NCBI GenBank assembly: GCA_951406725.2
Contig: OX597821.1
Location: 115,134,001 to 115,198,000 of the forward strand
Length of the DNA: 64,000 bases
Direction: 5' to 3'
From: Octopus vulgaris
Lineage: Eukaryota
Notes under the pieces: generated by a model
Databases searched by the model: none
Told to the model about the DNA's origin: nothing
Seen by the model: only the letters and a program-made list of their open reading frames with translations
Part shown: positions 12,901-25,930 of the stretch, one piece after another
Layout of the letters: every line of letters starts with the position of its first letter
Position numbering within the stretch: the first letter of the stretch is position 1
Made by a program: the position numbers and the translations under genes

Positions 12901-14131
12901 ATAGAACAGATACTATTTACCAAATTCTATTCAGAACTTGTCTTTCACTCTCATTGATCTTCAGAACAGTGAATTTATCAATGTTTATATAAAATAGAGC
13001 TTCTCTATATAGAAATTTATTAAAACTGTATTTGTTATTGAAATACAGACTGTAATAAGTTTACACATGTTTCTGTGGTCCATTAGACCTCACTTGAATG
13101 TGTCATGTGATTCATTTTCCCATCAGGCTCTTACATCACTCAGTAAAAAAAAAAAAAACAACGATGAAAGAGTCAAGCCTGAGTTAATCTCATTCATTCA
13201 GTGTGAATTAGTATTTAGGTTAATCTTGTTCGATTACCAACTCCAATGCCATGATTGCAGCATTTAACCTAATAGCAGGGGAAGATTAAGGTCATACTGG
13301 TCTTAATTAAATCCCCAAATATCTAAATTGGTTATCTTTAGTTTCTAATTAAGGGACTAATCCATAACTCTGCCATGGAATGCATGCCTAACATGTATGT
13401 GCATTTGTGTGTGTGTGTGTGTGTCCGTGTGTCCATAGGGTTCTTGATATAATTAGGTTTCCTAATGTAAATTGTATAAAGCCAGGGATTTTGAGGAGAA
13501 GGGAAAGGGTTAGTTATTTGTACAAGAGCATTTGCATTGCATATGAAGTGAAGCCTTAAAATGGAAACCAAAACTAGGTCACAGACCAGTTTGCTAAAAT
13601 CTTACTGCAATGCTGAACCACTTGAAGCTTTATGTACAATTAATTATAAATGCAAGCAAAATCTTATGCTGTGTGTTTATGTAAGAAATCCTTAGTCAAA
13701 TATTATTAGCTGGTATACATTATGTAGAGTATATCGTATATATTAAAAGTATATTGTAAAATTGCTTTTAATGGGGTGTATATGAAAGAGATCTATATAC
13801 ATTAGCATGTAGAATACTGGGTGGAAAAAGCTGATGGCCCATAGGGGCTGAGTGTAAAATACTGTACTGTATGAATATCATCATCATCATCATCATCGTT
13901 TAACATCCGCTTTCCATGCTAGCATGGGTTGGACGATTTGACTGAGGTCTGACGAACCAGACTCCAATCTGATCTGGCAGAGTTTCTACAGCTGGATACC
14001 CTTCCTAATGCCAACCACTCTGAGAGTGTAGTGGGTGCTTTTACGTGCCACGGGCACAGGGCCAGTCAGGCAGTACTGGCAACAACCTCGCTCGAATCTT
14101 TTACACATGCCACCGGCACAGGGTATCAATG

Positions 14132-14163
<32 letters not shown>

Positions 14164-14588
14164 GTATATGTATGAATGTGTGTATAATATTGAATTGTAT
14201 AATATCAATATACAGGTACAACAATGATTATTTTTCCCCCTTAGAATCTTCAGTACTAAGTCTTTTCCAGATTACTGATTTTTCCAAACCAGAGGTGGTA
14301 GGTCACCTTAGTTAACACACTCTAAATTAAATGAATATTAAATCTATTTAATAAATGAAATAAAATTCAGGTAACTGTAGATTAGTAAAAATTAACGCTG
14401 ATTATAGAAAGTTCCAGACTTCTGATAATCCCTATTTGGAAAATCAGTGTTGTAACTGTGCATATAACATGTATATATAAATGCCTATATAATACAATAT
14501 TGCATGAACATAAATATATATAGCAATGTATATATAAATGGGTGTATAATACTGTATTGTATAAATATTAATATAGTATATATAACAT

Positions 14589-14685
<97 letters not shown>

Positions 14686-15215
14686 CTATGATCAAAGCCT
14701 TCGAACCATGACCATCAACATGCATTTAGGGGTATGCCAGACTACATTATCAAACATGTCACATTTTACATAAAGCAGCAGGGTATTAAATGGAGGTGAT
14801 CTGGCTACAGTTTCTATATATAGATCATCAGTATGTTCTACACTAAACATGCATTCATCAATGTTACTCGAATATATATACTCTCTCTCCTCACCTTTCT
14901 GTGTGTGTGTATAAATATATATATATATATGTATATATAATATATTGTACTCTATTCTTTATGCTTTTTATTTCAGGCAACCTAGATTGCCATTTTGAAA
15001 TCTGTTCAAACATCTGTGTGTTTATTTGGTTTGTGGAGCATAAACAACATATGTAATCTCCTTTCCTGCTGTGGTTTCATTTTATTACATGCTGTTGTGT
15101 ATTGAAGTTGTCTCTCTCCATTGCCATTTGATGTTTAATAAGCATTGAAAAACTTGCGTCAAGCTTCACTTCCTCTGTAAAATTAAATAGACACCATTTA
15201 AATCTAAACGAATTA

Positions 15216-15394
15216 TTGTGTGCACACACATACATCTACTCACACTCTCACACACATGCCTATACTCATATATATATATACATACACACACACACACACA
15301 CTCTCTCCATATATGTATATACACCCCCTCCACACACTCTCTCACTCCATATATGTATATACACCACCCTCCACACACTCTCTCTCCCCATATA

Positions 15395-15458
<64 letters not shown>

Positions 15459-15682
15459 TATACTCCCTCCACAAACACTCTCTCCCTCTCTCTCTCTGTC
15501 TGTATGTCTGTATATATGTATGTATATATATATACACTCACACACACCCTCCACGCACACTCTCTCTTTCTCTCTTCATGTATGTGTGTATGTGTGTGTA
15601 CATATATATATATACACATACACCCCCCCTCCACACACTCTGTCTCTCTCCGTATGTGTAAGTGTGTATACACACACACACT
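15216..15682. repeat. Compound CA/TA/CT minisatellite-like low-complexity array
   Basis: Recurring CCCTCCACACACTCTCTC..TATATGTATATACAC units. Confidence 0.85.
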
Positions 15683-16226
15683 CATGCAATAATGAAAATG
15701 CCTATGAAAACAGGTATGGCTATGTGGTTAAGAAGTTTGCTTCACAACTACATTGTTTCAGGTTCAGTCCCATGAAGCAGCACCTTTAGGCAAGTATTTT
15801 CTATTCCCACCCCAGGCTGACCTATTTCTCATAAATGAAGTTGGTAGAAGGAAACTCAAAGAAGCCCCTCATGCATGTGTGTGTGTGTGTGTGTGTATGT
15901 GTGTGTGTGTGTATGTGTGTGTGTGCATGTGCAGCTGTGTGTTTTTCTACATCTGCACTTTTTACAAATATCGTGAGCTACACGCAGCAATGTTGTTTGC
16001 CATTTTTCCATAAATCAAATACTCGCTTTGCAACTTTGAAGACATGTGGAACAACGCTCTCTTTACTTGAAAGAAAAGTTAAGGGTTAGCAACGGGAGTA
16101 GCATCCGGCTGTAAAGCAATACCTCACTAATGTATCCACCTAACCCATTCTAGTTTGGAGAAATAGATGTAAGAATTGAACAAATGAAAAAACAAAAATC
16201 ACTATTACAGCACTGCTCTGAATAAA

Positions 16227-16666
16227 TATCATCATCATCATCATCATCATCATCATTTAACGACCGCTTTCCATGCCAGCATGGGTTGGATGATTTTGAC
16301 TGAGGGCTGGCGAACCAGATGGCTGCACCAGGCTCCAATCTTGATCTGGCAGAGTTTCTACAGCTGGATGCCCTTCCTAACGCCAACCACTCCGAGAGTG
16401 TAGTGGGTGCTTTTTACAGAGACATATTACTGGAAGCCTTTGACGAAATAGAAGGAGATATAGCTTTACATGGTATAGAAGACAACTGGAGGTTCCTACA
16501 GGACATCCTGCTAAGGGCCACTGACCAGATCTGTGGATGGTGCAAAGTCCCCTCCCGACCCAAAATAACGTGATGGTGGAACAGTGTTGTTGACAGGGCT
16601 ATTAGACAAAAGAAACAGGCTTGGAAGGACTTGAAGAATGGTGGTAGCAGGGAAGTGTATCAGACT
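16227..16666. mobile_element. RTE insertion with inversion: minus-strand 3' tail (16227-16415) fused to a plus-strand internal ORF piece (~16417-16666)
   Basis: (ATC)n and reverse-complement tail, followed by RDILLEAFDEIEGDIALHGIEDNWRFLQD..CGWCKVP matching ~26112-26360. Confidence 0.85.
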
Positions 16667-17094
16667 ATGTACATGAAAATTATGTAGGATATGCTTAATA
16701 AACGTATATTTAATCTGGCTGTGAAAATATAATCTGTGGATATTGACAGGAGCTTTAGCAGATAAGGAAGAAGAGTGTCTGATTTGTTTGATATTTATTA
16801 ATACTTATCAGGGATCACTTCTATCACCTCTCAACAGGTGAAGTTAAGAACCTCTTCATGGAAACCATAATAACAAAGATGGTAACATGTAACTGATTAA
16901 ATTCTGATTACTAGCCTTGGACCATTATGTAAATTTTTCCATAAGATAAATAGATTGTTCCCACCCTTATTAGGTGAAAGGTGAAGAATTGATAAAAAAA
17001 AAGAAACTAGTCGGATGTTCTTCTCTCTTATCTGCTGAAGCTTCCATGATTTGTTTTGCAGGTTTTATATTTGCAGCAAGACAATACGCTTCAT

Positions 17095-17643
17095 AAGTGT
17101 TGGGCCTCACAGAGGCAATGACAAAAGACTGCGACCTCTCGAGGTATTCTGTGACTGAGAAGACTTGACAAATAAAGTGGGCTCACAGCTGTAACCTACA
17201 CCAGTGTCGCATAACCAGCCCACTCAAAAGTACCTTGGATCGTAGGGCAACATGCCGTGCTTGAGGAGACCTATCGAGTCAGGTACATCAAAATCAAAAT
17301 CAAATCAAATAGAAATTGTAGTTGTGACCCCCATGCCGGTAGCCCGTAAAAAGCACCATCTGAATGTGGCCAATGCCAGTGATGCTTTGACTGGCTTCCA
17401 TGCTGGTGGCATGTAAAAAGCACCATCCGATTGTGGTTGATGCCAGCTCCTCTGGCCCCTGTGCCAGTGGCACGTAAAAAAGCACACACTACACTTTCAG
17501 AGTGAACGGCATTAGGAAGGGCATCCAGCTGTAGAAACACTGCCAGATCAGATTGGGGTCTGGTGCAGCCTCCTGGTTTCCCAAACCCCAGCCGAACCTC
17601 CAACCCATGCCAGCATGGAAAACGGACGTTAAACGATGATGAT
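17095..17643 (+). mobile_element. RTE 3' fragment (end of ORF plus 3' UTR and (GAT)n)
   Basis: TTGGGCCTCACAGAGGCAATGACA.. matches the ORF end (LGLTEAMT..); UTR repeats and conserved tail present. Confidence 0.85.
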
Positions 17644-20298
17644 TCTGTGCAGTTTCCATCCATCTATCCATTCATCCGTATGCATGCATGCTACAGCATC
17701 CTTGTTATTCAATGTCCATCTTCCATGCTGGTGTAGATTGGTCAGCTTGACAAGATCTGATCGGCTCAAGGGTTGCACCATTCTTCTGAGCCTTCTTTGG
17801 TTTCTATGATTGGATACCCTTCCTATCACCAATGTTCTTCCTAACATCACATAGTTGTAAAATGCAGAAAGCGTCAGGTATATGCTGATACTCAGACCAA
17901 GCTGTTTCAGTTCTCTTTTATAAATGACCGAACCATGCTCCTGTGTGTAGATAATCCTTGAACTTATCTATCTGTCCAAAAATCCATTTGTCCATTTTGT
18001 GTTTGTCCATCAGCACACCTGTCCATCCATCCATCCATTTATTCATTACAAGTTTTCACCTTCCTTATATATATATCTTTTATCTTTCACTTGTTTCAGT
18101 CATTAGACTGTGGTCATGCTGGAGCACCACCTTGAGGAATTTTTAATTGAATGAATTGATCCCAGTACTTTTTTTTTAAAAACCTGGTACTTATTTTATT
18201 GTTCTCTTTTGCTGAACTGCTAAGTTACAGGGATGTAAAGAAACCAACACTGATTGTCAAGTGGTGATGGGGGACAAACACACACATCGCCATATGTTGA
18301 CATTGTATTATAGTTGTAAATGAGTGTCACTGTCATACAAGCAGTGTCATTCAGTTCCAGTATTCTTCAACAACTTGTCTGGCCATGTGAAGCAATTACC
18401 TTGCTTGAAAACTGGTGAGGATTGGCAACAGAAAAGGCATCCACCTGTTGGAGATTCTGCCTCAATAATCTCCGTCCAACCCATAGAAGTATGGAAAAGT
18501 AGGCGTTAAAAAATGGTTGCAGTTTTGATTAAATTCTATAGAATCACACAAAGCCTCTCAATTCCTGTTGCCAGTTGATTTTGTGGACTATATTTTACCA
18601 GCTTTTGAATTGAAAATCTTTTAATTTGATAGACTTTTCTAAGATGGTTAGATAACGCTTTCCTTCTTTCCACCTTTTATTTCTATGTTTTATGGCAAAG
18701 CAACACTTTCAATTCAGATATTAATCACAAATTATGCATAATGGTAATTAGAAAAATGTGTTCCACTTTAAAACCTAACAGATACCATCTTCATTTTGAT
18801 CTTAGAGCAGGTTTTAATTCTTGAATGATCTTGTAAATTATTGATAGAAAACTGAATATCATTTCCAAATATTGGTTCAAATTCTTAATCACCAAATCAA
18901 TCATGTGTTCACTATCAATAGCCACTTTATTATTGATCTCATTAAATGGATAAGGAAAGAAGATACTTTCATCTATCAATGAAAATGGTTCTCTTACCTT
19001 TTGAAGTTGTGTAGTTTTAGAATAAAATCTTCTATTACATACATTTAAGGATTTATGGACAATTAAACTGGATTTTAACTTTTATAATTAAAATATTTTT
19101 CTCCTCTTTTCCTATGTCCCTTGGGCTGTGGGGATTAAGATGTTTATGTCCCAACCATGTGGTTTTGGGTTCAGTCCCATTGTGTGTCACCTTGGGCAAG
19201 TATCTTTATCTACCACCCTGGCCTGACCAGAGCCTTCTGAGTAGATTTGATAGAAGGAAACAAAGAAGCTTATCTATCTATCTGTCTGTCCATCTCTATG
19301 TGTTGCAGTTGTGTACATGTGTGTGACTGTTTATCCTTGCCTAAATATCACACTGGTTGTAAGCGTGCCTCATTCATGACCAACATTCCAAGGAAAACAT
19401 TCCTGGCCAAGGAGGAAATATTACGTTGCTTACAAACTAGTAAGGGTTGGCGACAGGAAAGGCATTTAACTGCAGAAAATATGCCTCAATAAATTCCATC
19501 TGACCCATGCCAGCATGGAAAAGGGGACATTAAAAATGACAATGATGATAATGCTCAGAGCAGTCTCCTTACTAAGCATTTCCTTGCTGGATCCTGTTTA
19601 CGATTTGTTTGCATGTGAAGGCATGAGTGCAACAGATAACTTTATCGTACACCAGCATCTCTTTCCTGGTGAATATCAGATAGAGAGAACTCCATTATGG
19701 TAATGACTGGTATTTTTAAGACACACCATAAAAATATATTTCCTTTACCAAAAAAAAAATTAAAAAAATAAAAAAGGGGCTGACTAAGCACTCTTATAGA
19801 CTTGCATTCTTCACATTTATTTCTTTATTTTTTTTGTGTTGACTCCCTTAATATACCAAGATTTTCTTTTATGAAATGGTACCAGAATTTAAACTAGCAG
19901 CTATAACTTTCTGATAATAGTTTTATTTGAGAAAAAAAAAATTTTTTTTAAATGGAGTCAATATCTAGGTCTTTCGGTTATTTAGTTAAGGGATAAAAGA
20001 TGGACAAATAAGTATGGTATCAAATAAGTATGGTATCATTCATATCAGATGCTGCATAAATATAACCTTATATACTTTGTGAAATATATGCTGCTGCTGC
20101 TGCTACTACTACTACTACTGGCGCTCTATTGGTTAAGGTGATGAGGATTTTAGTTGATCCAATCAATGGAATAGGCTGCTCATGAAATAACCATGCAAGT
20201 GGCTGATCACTCCACAGACATGCATACCCTTAACACAGTTCTCAGGGAGAGTCAGTGTGACACAGTGTGACAAGGCTGGCCCTTTTGATGATAAATGA

Positions 20299-20392
<94 letters not shown>

Positions 20393-21271
20393 GTGTGTGT
20401 GTATCTGTGCATATATGTGTGTTTGTGTTGTCCCCCACCACTACTTAATAATAGCTGTTGGTGTGTTTATGTCCCCATAAGCTAGTGGTTCAGCAAAAGA
20501 GACTGATAGAATAAGTAACAAGTTTCAAAAAATAAAAAAAATAAATATTTACTGGGGTCAATTCTTCAGTGTGGTGTCCAAGCATGGCCGCAGTCTAATG
20601 ACTGAAACAAGTAAAAGGTGAAAGAGAATGATACAAAATGTTTGTGAAATATCCAAAGATATGCCATACCAAGGCCAAAACCAAGTTGATAATCCACATC
20701 TCGAAACCATTTAGCTTTGCCATGTACCCTCAGCTTAGTCTCTGCTTTTTTGTTTGTTTGTTTGTTAGTCTTTATTATTCGTCACTCTCCTCTTATGAAA
20801 GCTGTATTAATCAGATGTTTCACAAAAGATCTACCGAATGTTTCACTGTATAATTGATGTCATTCAATTTAATCTTGCTGTGCATGTCGGGGAGCTGTAG
20901 GCATCTTTCCATTCAGCTTTGTCGAGTGCGTGATATTTATGTCACCAAATTAAAGAATCGAGATTTCTTTTTTTTTGCTTTTTCTTTCTTTAGATCAAAG
21001 TTGTTTGTTCCACCCTTCAGCATTCAGATTATTCTGTCAAATGTAATGCTTATTTATTCACGCTGTTTTCAATTAGTTCTGCATTATCTCGTAGCTTTTA
21101 GACTTTGACGACTGGGTTGTTTATTTTAAGAAGAGTATTATAAGGTAGCTGTGAGATACTGGATCTGGTCAGTTTGGGCCAGATGTGGCCAGTTTAAATG
21201 CTAAAGGGTTAACCCCAGATCAGCTCTGATTGAGCAGACCTTTGATCAAAGATGCTCTAGTTGTGACCAAC

Positions 21272-21899
21272 CAGGGCTGTGGAGTCGAAAGAAAAAACTT
21301 TGACTCTGACTCCCCTACTATTGGCACCTCCGAATCTGACTCCTCTGTATGTAATTGATTGTGGTCTACATATCTCATAAAGCATATGCATTGGTGCAGG
21401 AGTGGCTGTCTGGTAAGTAACTTGCTTACCAACCACATGGTTCTGGGTTCAGTCCCACTGCGTGGCATCTTGGGCGAGTGTCTTCTACTATAGCCCCGGG
21501 CCGACCAATGCCTTGTGAGTGGATTTGGTAGACAGAAACTGAAAAAAGCCCGTCGTATATGTGTGTGTGTGTGTGTGTGTTTGTACCCCCAACATCGCTT
21601 GACAACCGATGCTGGTATGTTTATGTTCCCGTTACTTAGCGGTTCAGCAAGAGAGACCAATAGAATAAGTACTGGGCTTACAAAGAATAAGTCCTGGGGT
21701 TGATTTGCTCGACTAAAGGCGGTGCTCCAGCATGGCCGCAGTCAAATGACTGAAACAAATAAATGAATAAAAGAATACGCTTGTACTTTGAGTAGGCCTA
21801 TTATAGAATAAAGGTATTGGGAGTCAGAGTCAGTATAGTTTTACTGACTCTGATTCCAGCTACCCCTTAATTGTTTCTGACTCCAACTCCACAGCCCTG
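21272..21899. mobile_element. hAT-type MITE carrying a nested SINE
   Basis: TIRs CAGGGCTGTGGAGT / ACTCCACAGCCCTG; perfect 8-bp TSD TGACCAAC at 21264-21271 and 21900-21907; subterminal GACTCC repeats. Confidence 0.9.
21393..21775 (+). mobile_element. Full-length tRNA-derived CORE-type SINE (Octopus OR-like). Other copies ~1563-2120 (split), 7381-7520, 8290-8600, 15711-15870, 19125-19270, 31630-31797(-), 36361-36680, 36745-37160(-), 42990-43400(-), 44101-44480, 55645-56010, 59830-60620(-)
   Basis: A box TGGCTGTCTGG, B box GGTTCAGTCCC, CORE-like CTTGGGCrAGT, internal (TG)n, and 3' GCTCCAGCATGGCCGCAGTCAAATGACTGAAACAA. The family name is from recollection. Confidence 0.85.
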
Positions 21900-22397
21900 T
21901 GACCAACCAATTTATTTCTTTCCAGTTATGGTATAACTAAACCTATATTTATCAAACGTAGTCCTTTCTTTTTTCTTTTAAGAGGATTGATTGTGATTTG
22001 TAGAAGATTTAGTTGATGTTGCCAGCAGATCAAGTAACTGTAGATTGGTTCCTTTGTGAAACATTGAAGACTGTGGAAGATGGTGAAAGTTGATAAAAGA
22101 TTCTAGTCCATCATTTTTAGTTGAAGAATTGTCTTGGCTTTTGCAGAGACAAAATAAGGAAATGCAAAAATGATCAAAAGGAATTACCAATTCTTCATAG
22201 TTGCGTCTTTTACTCCTAAAAGATACGGCTACTCTGATGCTATAGTATTTTATATTGTTGACTTAGAAATATGATCAATTTGTCTTAGAAAATATCTTGA
22301 AGCATTAAGAATTTTTATTGCTAACTTTTTTGTTATCATATTTCTATTGAACTATTGAGCGCCATTATCTTTGTTTCAACTGATTTTGAAAATAATT

Positions 22398-22761
22398 TTT
22401 ATATATATAAACGGCAAAATGTCTGTGTGTGTGTGTGTGTGCGCGTGTCCTTTATACAAATCCACATTTTTTCAGTTAGAGGGCTCGCACTTTCTATGGT
22501 CATTCAAAACCATCCAAGGGTGGTCGTGAACATCTTTACATTTCCCCAGTCACCCCGCAAAGCCATTAAAAAATCAATAGAAGTGACTTTTTTGTGAATT
22601 TTCTATCCAAAACCCAATCAAACTGCCCGAAACTTGATACGCCAATTGAATGCCAGCTAGCTGTATGTGATTGGTTGGAGATTTGGACAGTACTCGCGTG
22701 TATGCGCGCATGCATGCAGCTGTATATGCATGCACTAGCACTATGACCCGGCAACGCTAGT
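22398..22761 (+). mobile_element. Non-autonomous Helitron-like element
   Basis: 5' T(T/C)TATATATATAAA plus a GTCTGTGTGT microsatellite; 3' GACCCGGCAACG (half hairpin) then CTAG-T; CpG-rich relative to flanks. Confidence 0.6.
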
Positions 22762-23890
22762 GGAGAACTTTGATATTATTAAGCTGCTGTTTAGTACAGA
22801 ATTAAACATGAAATTTCAAGGGAAAGTTTTAATTTAGATCCCTTTAAAATAAGTTTATATTATCGAACCAAGGATAGTTTGGAGTAGGTTGGCATCAAAT
22901 GTGTTAACCCTTTTGTTAGCATATTTCTGCTGAAGTACATTGCTTTTGTTTCAATTAATAAAAGAAAAAAATAATGAAGAATTTGACAAAATTAACTCTC
23001 TCATTATTAAACTGGTGTTTGGAATATAAATTAACATGAAATTTTGAAGGTTTTAACTGGAAACTTTGCATCATAGTACGAGGGGCAGTCTCAGGTGGTT
23101 TGGTATTAAAATGGTTAAATAGGCAGAAATTATTTATAGAGTGCAAATACAGTTTAGATAAAAGAATTACCTTTTTTTTTTTGTCCTTGTGAGAGACATT
23201 TTTATTTTTTTAAAAACCTCTTTTAATGGATCGCCTTTAATTTTTATCTTCATGTTTGGTTTTTTTAAAAATAAATTCATGAATATATTCAAAAGGCCGT
23301 CAGCTCAGATTTAGCATAAAATAACAAAATAACAACATACGATAATGAAATAGCATAAAATAATCAATGCATTGGTTTTTGTTAATGTAGCTTCACTGCA
23401 CATTTACATAATTATTGCTGGCTTGTAGACTGTAAAGAACAAACACATCATCATCGGCATCATCATCATCATCATCATTATTTAATGTTCATGTTCCATG
23501 TTGGCAAGCAATAAACTTGTCCGTTTCCTTCGTAGTATCTTAACTTTGGAGAATTCCTGATTCTTGAGATGATCTCCCCTTCCTCAACATGTGCTGCTCT
23601 TAATTGCTGCTTGCTAATTAAAACACATCCTCTAGAGGTGGAGATAATCTTAATAAATGAACAATTCATGTTGTATGGTATTTGATACACCTGTATTTGT
23701 CTACTCTGTTCAAATACATGCCCACTGCTCTCTGAGTTATTTCTCTTAGCTAAATTTATGTTTAAATGACATTTGATAAAATTGTATTCATATATGTATA
23801 TATGTGTGTATATGTGTTTGTGTGTGTGTGTGTGTGCATATGTATATATATCTGTGTATACATGTAACTGTGTATGCGTGTGTGTATATA

Positions 23891-23945
<55 letters not shown>

Positions 23946-24531
23946 CAGTGTCATGCAAATTGGCACCTGTACTGGTGGCACGTAAACACAACCCGGTGTC
24001 ACACAAATGGCACCCATGCCACTGGCACATAAAAGCACCCATTACACTCTCGGAGTAGTTGGCATTAGGAAGGGCATCCAGCCATAGAAAAACCATACCA
24101 AATCAGACTGGAGTCTGGTGTAGCCTTCCAGCGTGCCAATCCCGGTCAAACTATCCAATCCATGCCAGCATAGACAACAGATGTTAAATGATGATGATAT
24201 TTTTTTTTTTGATTTCTAAAATCTGGTACTCATTCTATTGGTCTCTTTTGTCAAACTGCTAAGTTACAGAGATGTAAACACAAACACCGGTTGTCAAGTG
24301 GTGGTGGGGGTGCCCCAGCATGGTCACTGCCTTAGGGCTGAAATGCATAAAAGAACACACAAACACACATATGTCAAGGGCTTATATGCCTCTTTATTAG
24401 ACTATTTTCCTTAGTCATTGCATAGTGATCGCCATAAGCTTTAAGCTTATATAAAAATACCATTATTATTATTTACAGGATTGTTAAAACAGCGCCATAT
24501 AAAGAAACCATTCACACCAGAGCATTATATA

Positions 24532-24585
<54 letters not shown>

Positions 24586-24698
24586 TACGAAACGTTAAAG
24601 ACTTCTTTTATTTATATTTCCTGAGCGCCATACTAATACAATTGTTCGTTTGTTTTCCACCTGCCTTCGTCTTTTGTTTATTTTCATAAAGCTTCCCG

Positions 24699-24732
<34 letters not shown>

Positions 24733-25611
24733 CCTCTACCTCTCTCCTCTCTCTCCATGTGACGGGTGTTCGGCCAAGCCTGACCTTTCTTTCTTGTGTC
24801 GACTACCATCTGTGCAACATCTATATTCCTCACCATGCCTGTCATCTACTATGTCCTGGCCGTAAGGCTTCACTTCCACACACGCCAGCTTAATTTAATT
24901 CATCCTTAGTCAAAAGACACCTGTTGTTATGTCCTATTATTTGTATTTGTGTACTATTTCTCTGTATTTTTTTCTGTCCTTATTTTCATATACATTCACT
25001 GCTTTCTTCCAAGGAATCTAGTGCTCTTAGCTTAGCTTTTCCTTGGGGCTGGCCAGATTGGAGCAATCTCGAGTATAACCAGCCGAAATTGCAAAGATGA
25101 TCTGGAATTTGACTGAGGAAAGAAAACTTAGAATGACCTGTCCATGTTTTTTCTTGTCTCTTTTTTGTATCATCTAGCTGTCTGGATATTTTGCGTTCTT
25201 ATCCCAATTTTTGCATTCCTTTATATATATATATATATATCATCATCATCATCATCGTTTAACGTCTGTTTTCCATGTTGGCATGGGTTGGATGGTTCGA
25301 CCGGGGTCTGGGAAGCCAGGAGGCTGCACCAGGCACCAGTCTGATCTGGCAGTATTTCTACAGCTGGATGCCCTTCCTAACTCCGTGAGTGTAGTGGGTC
25401 CCTTTTATGTGCCACCGGCATGGAGGCCAGTCGAGGCGGCGCTGGCAACGGCCACGTTCAGATGGAGCTTTTTATGTGCCACTGGCACTGGTATCACAAC
25501 TACAATTTCCATTGATTTTTGATCGATTTAAGCCTTGTGATTGAATTTGCTCGGTGGAAGTTTTTGTCATGTGTGTGTATATGCTTTTAACAAAGAGGAG
25601 GGGAATATATA

Positions 25612-25924
25612 GCTAAAATTTGCCCTGTCTATAATTATACCACATGTTACATATATATCATATCATACTTTGACAGGCCACTGGTATTTATAAAGAATTT
25701 TAAACACTTTCAGTATGCAAATTAGGGACTCCATAGAGTAACTGCTGCATTTGTTGAGTAAAAAACAGTTTCTCCAGAGATTGTCAAAGTGATGTGGACG
25801 CCTCTGATGAGAACCCAGTAAGGTTTGAAAATTGATTAAGGTTGTTCTTCATTTTTTTTCAGTCTGCAGAAAAAGGGCTAAAATTTGCCCTGTTTATAAT
25901 TATACTACATGTTACATATATATA
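25612..25924 (+). repeat. ~47-bp direct repeats 265 bp apart bracketing a hammerhead
   Basis: GCTAAAATTTGCCCTGTyTATAATTATACyACATGTTACATATATAT at 25612 and 25877. Confidence 0.9.
25800..25842 (+). ncRNA. Minimal type I hammerhead ribozyme (slightly decayed)
   Basis: GCCU-CUGAUGA-GAACC-CAGUAA-GGUUU-GAAAA-UUGA-UUA-AGGU: stems I (GCCU/AGGU), II (GAACC/GGUUU) and III (AA/UU) all pair. Confidence 0.7.
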
Positions 25925-25930
25925 TATATA

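Noticed and set aside
14800-14840. Minus-strand CUGAUGA-UCUAUAUAUA-GAAAC-UGUA hammerhead-like core
   Set aside because: No stem I complementarity and no convincing stem II once GAAA is assigned to the core.
25909-25930. ATG start of the 804-aa ORF
   Set aside because: It lies in flanking direct-repeat/(TA)n DNA; the element is 5'-truncated and lacks most of the endonuclease, so it is not an autonomous copy.
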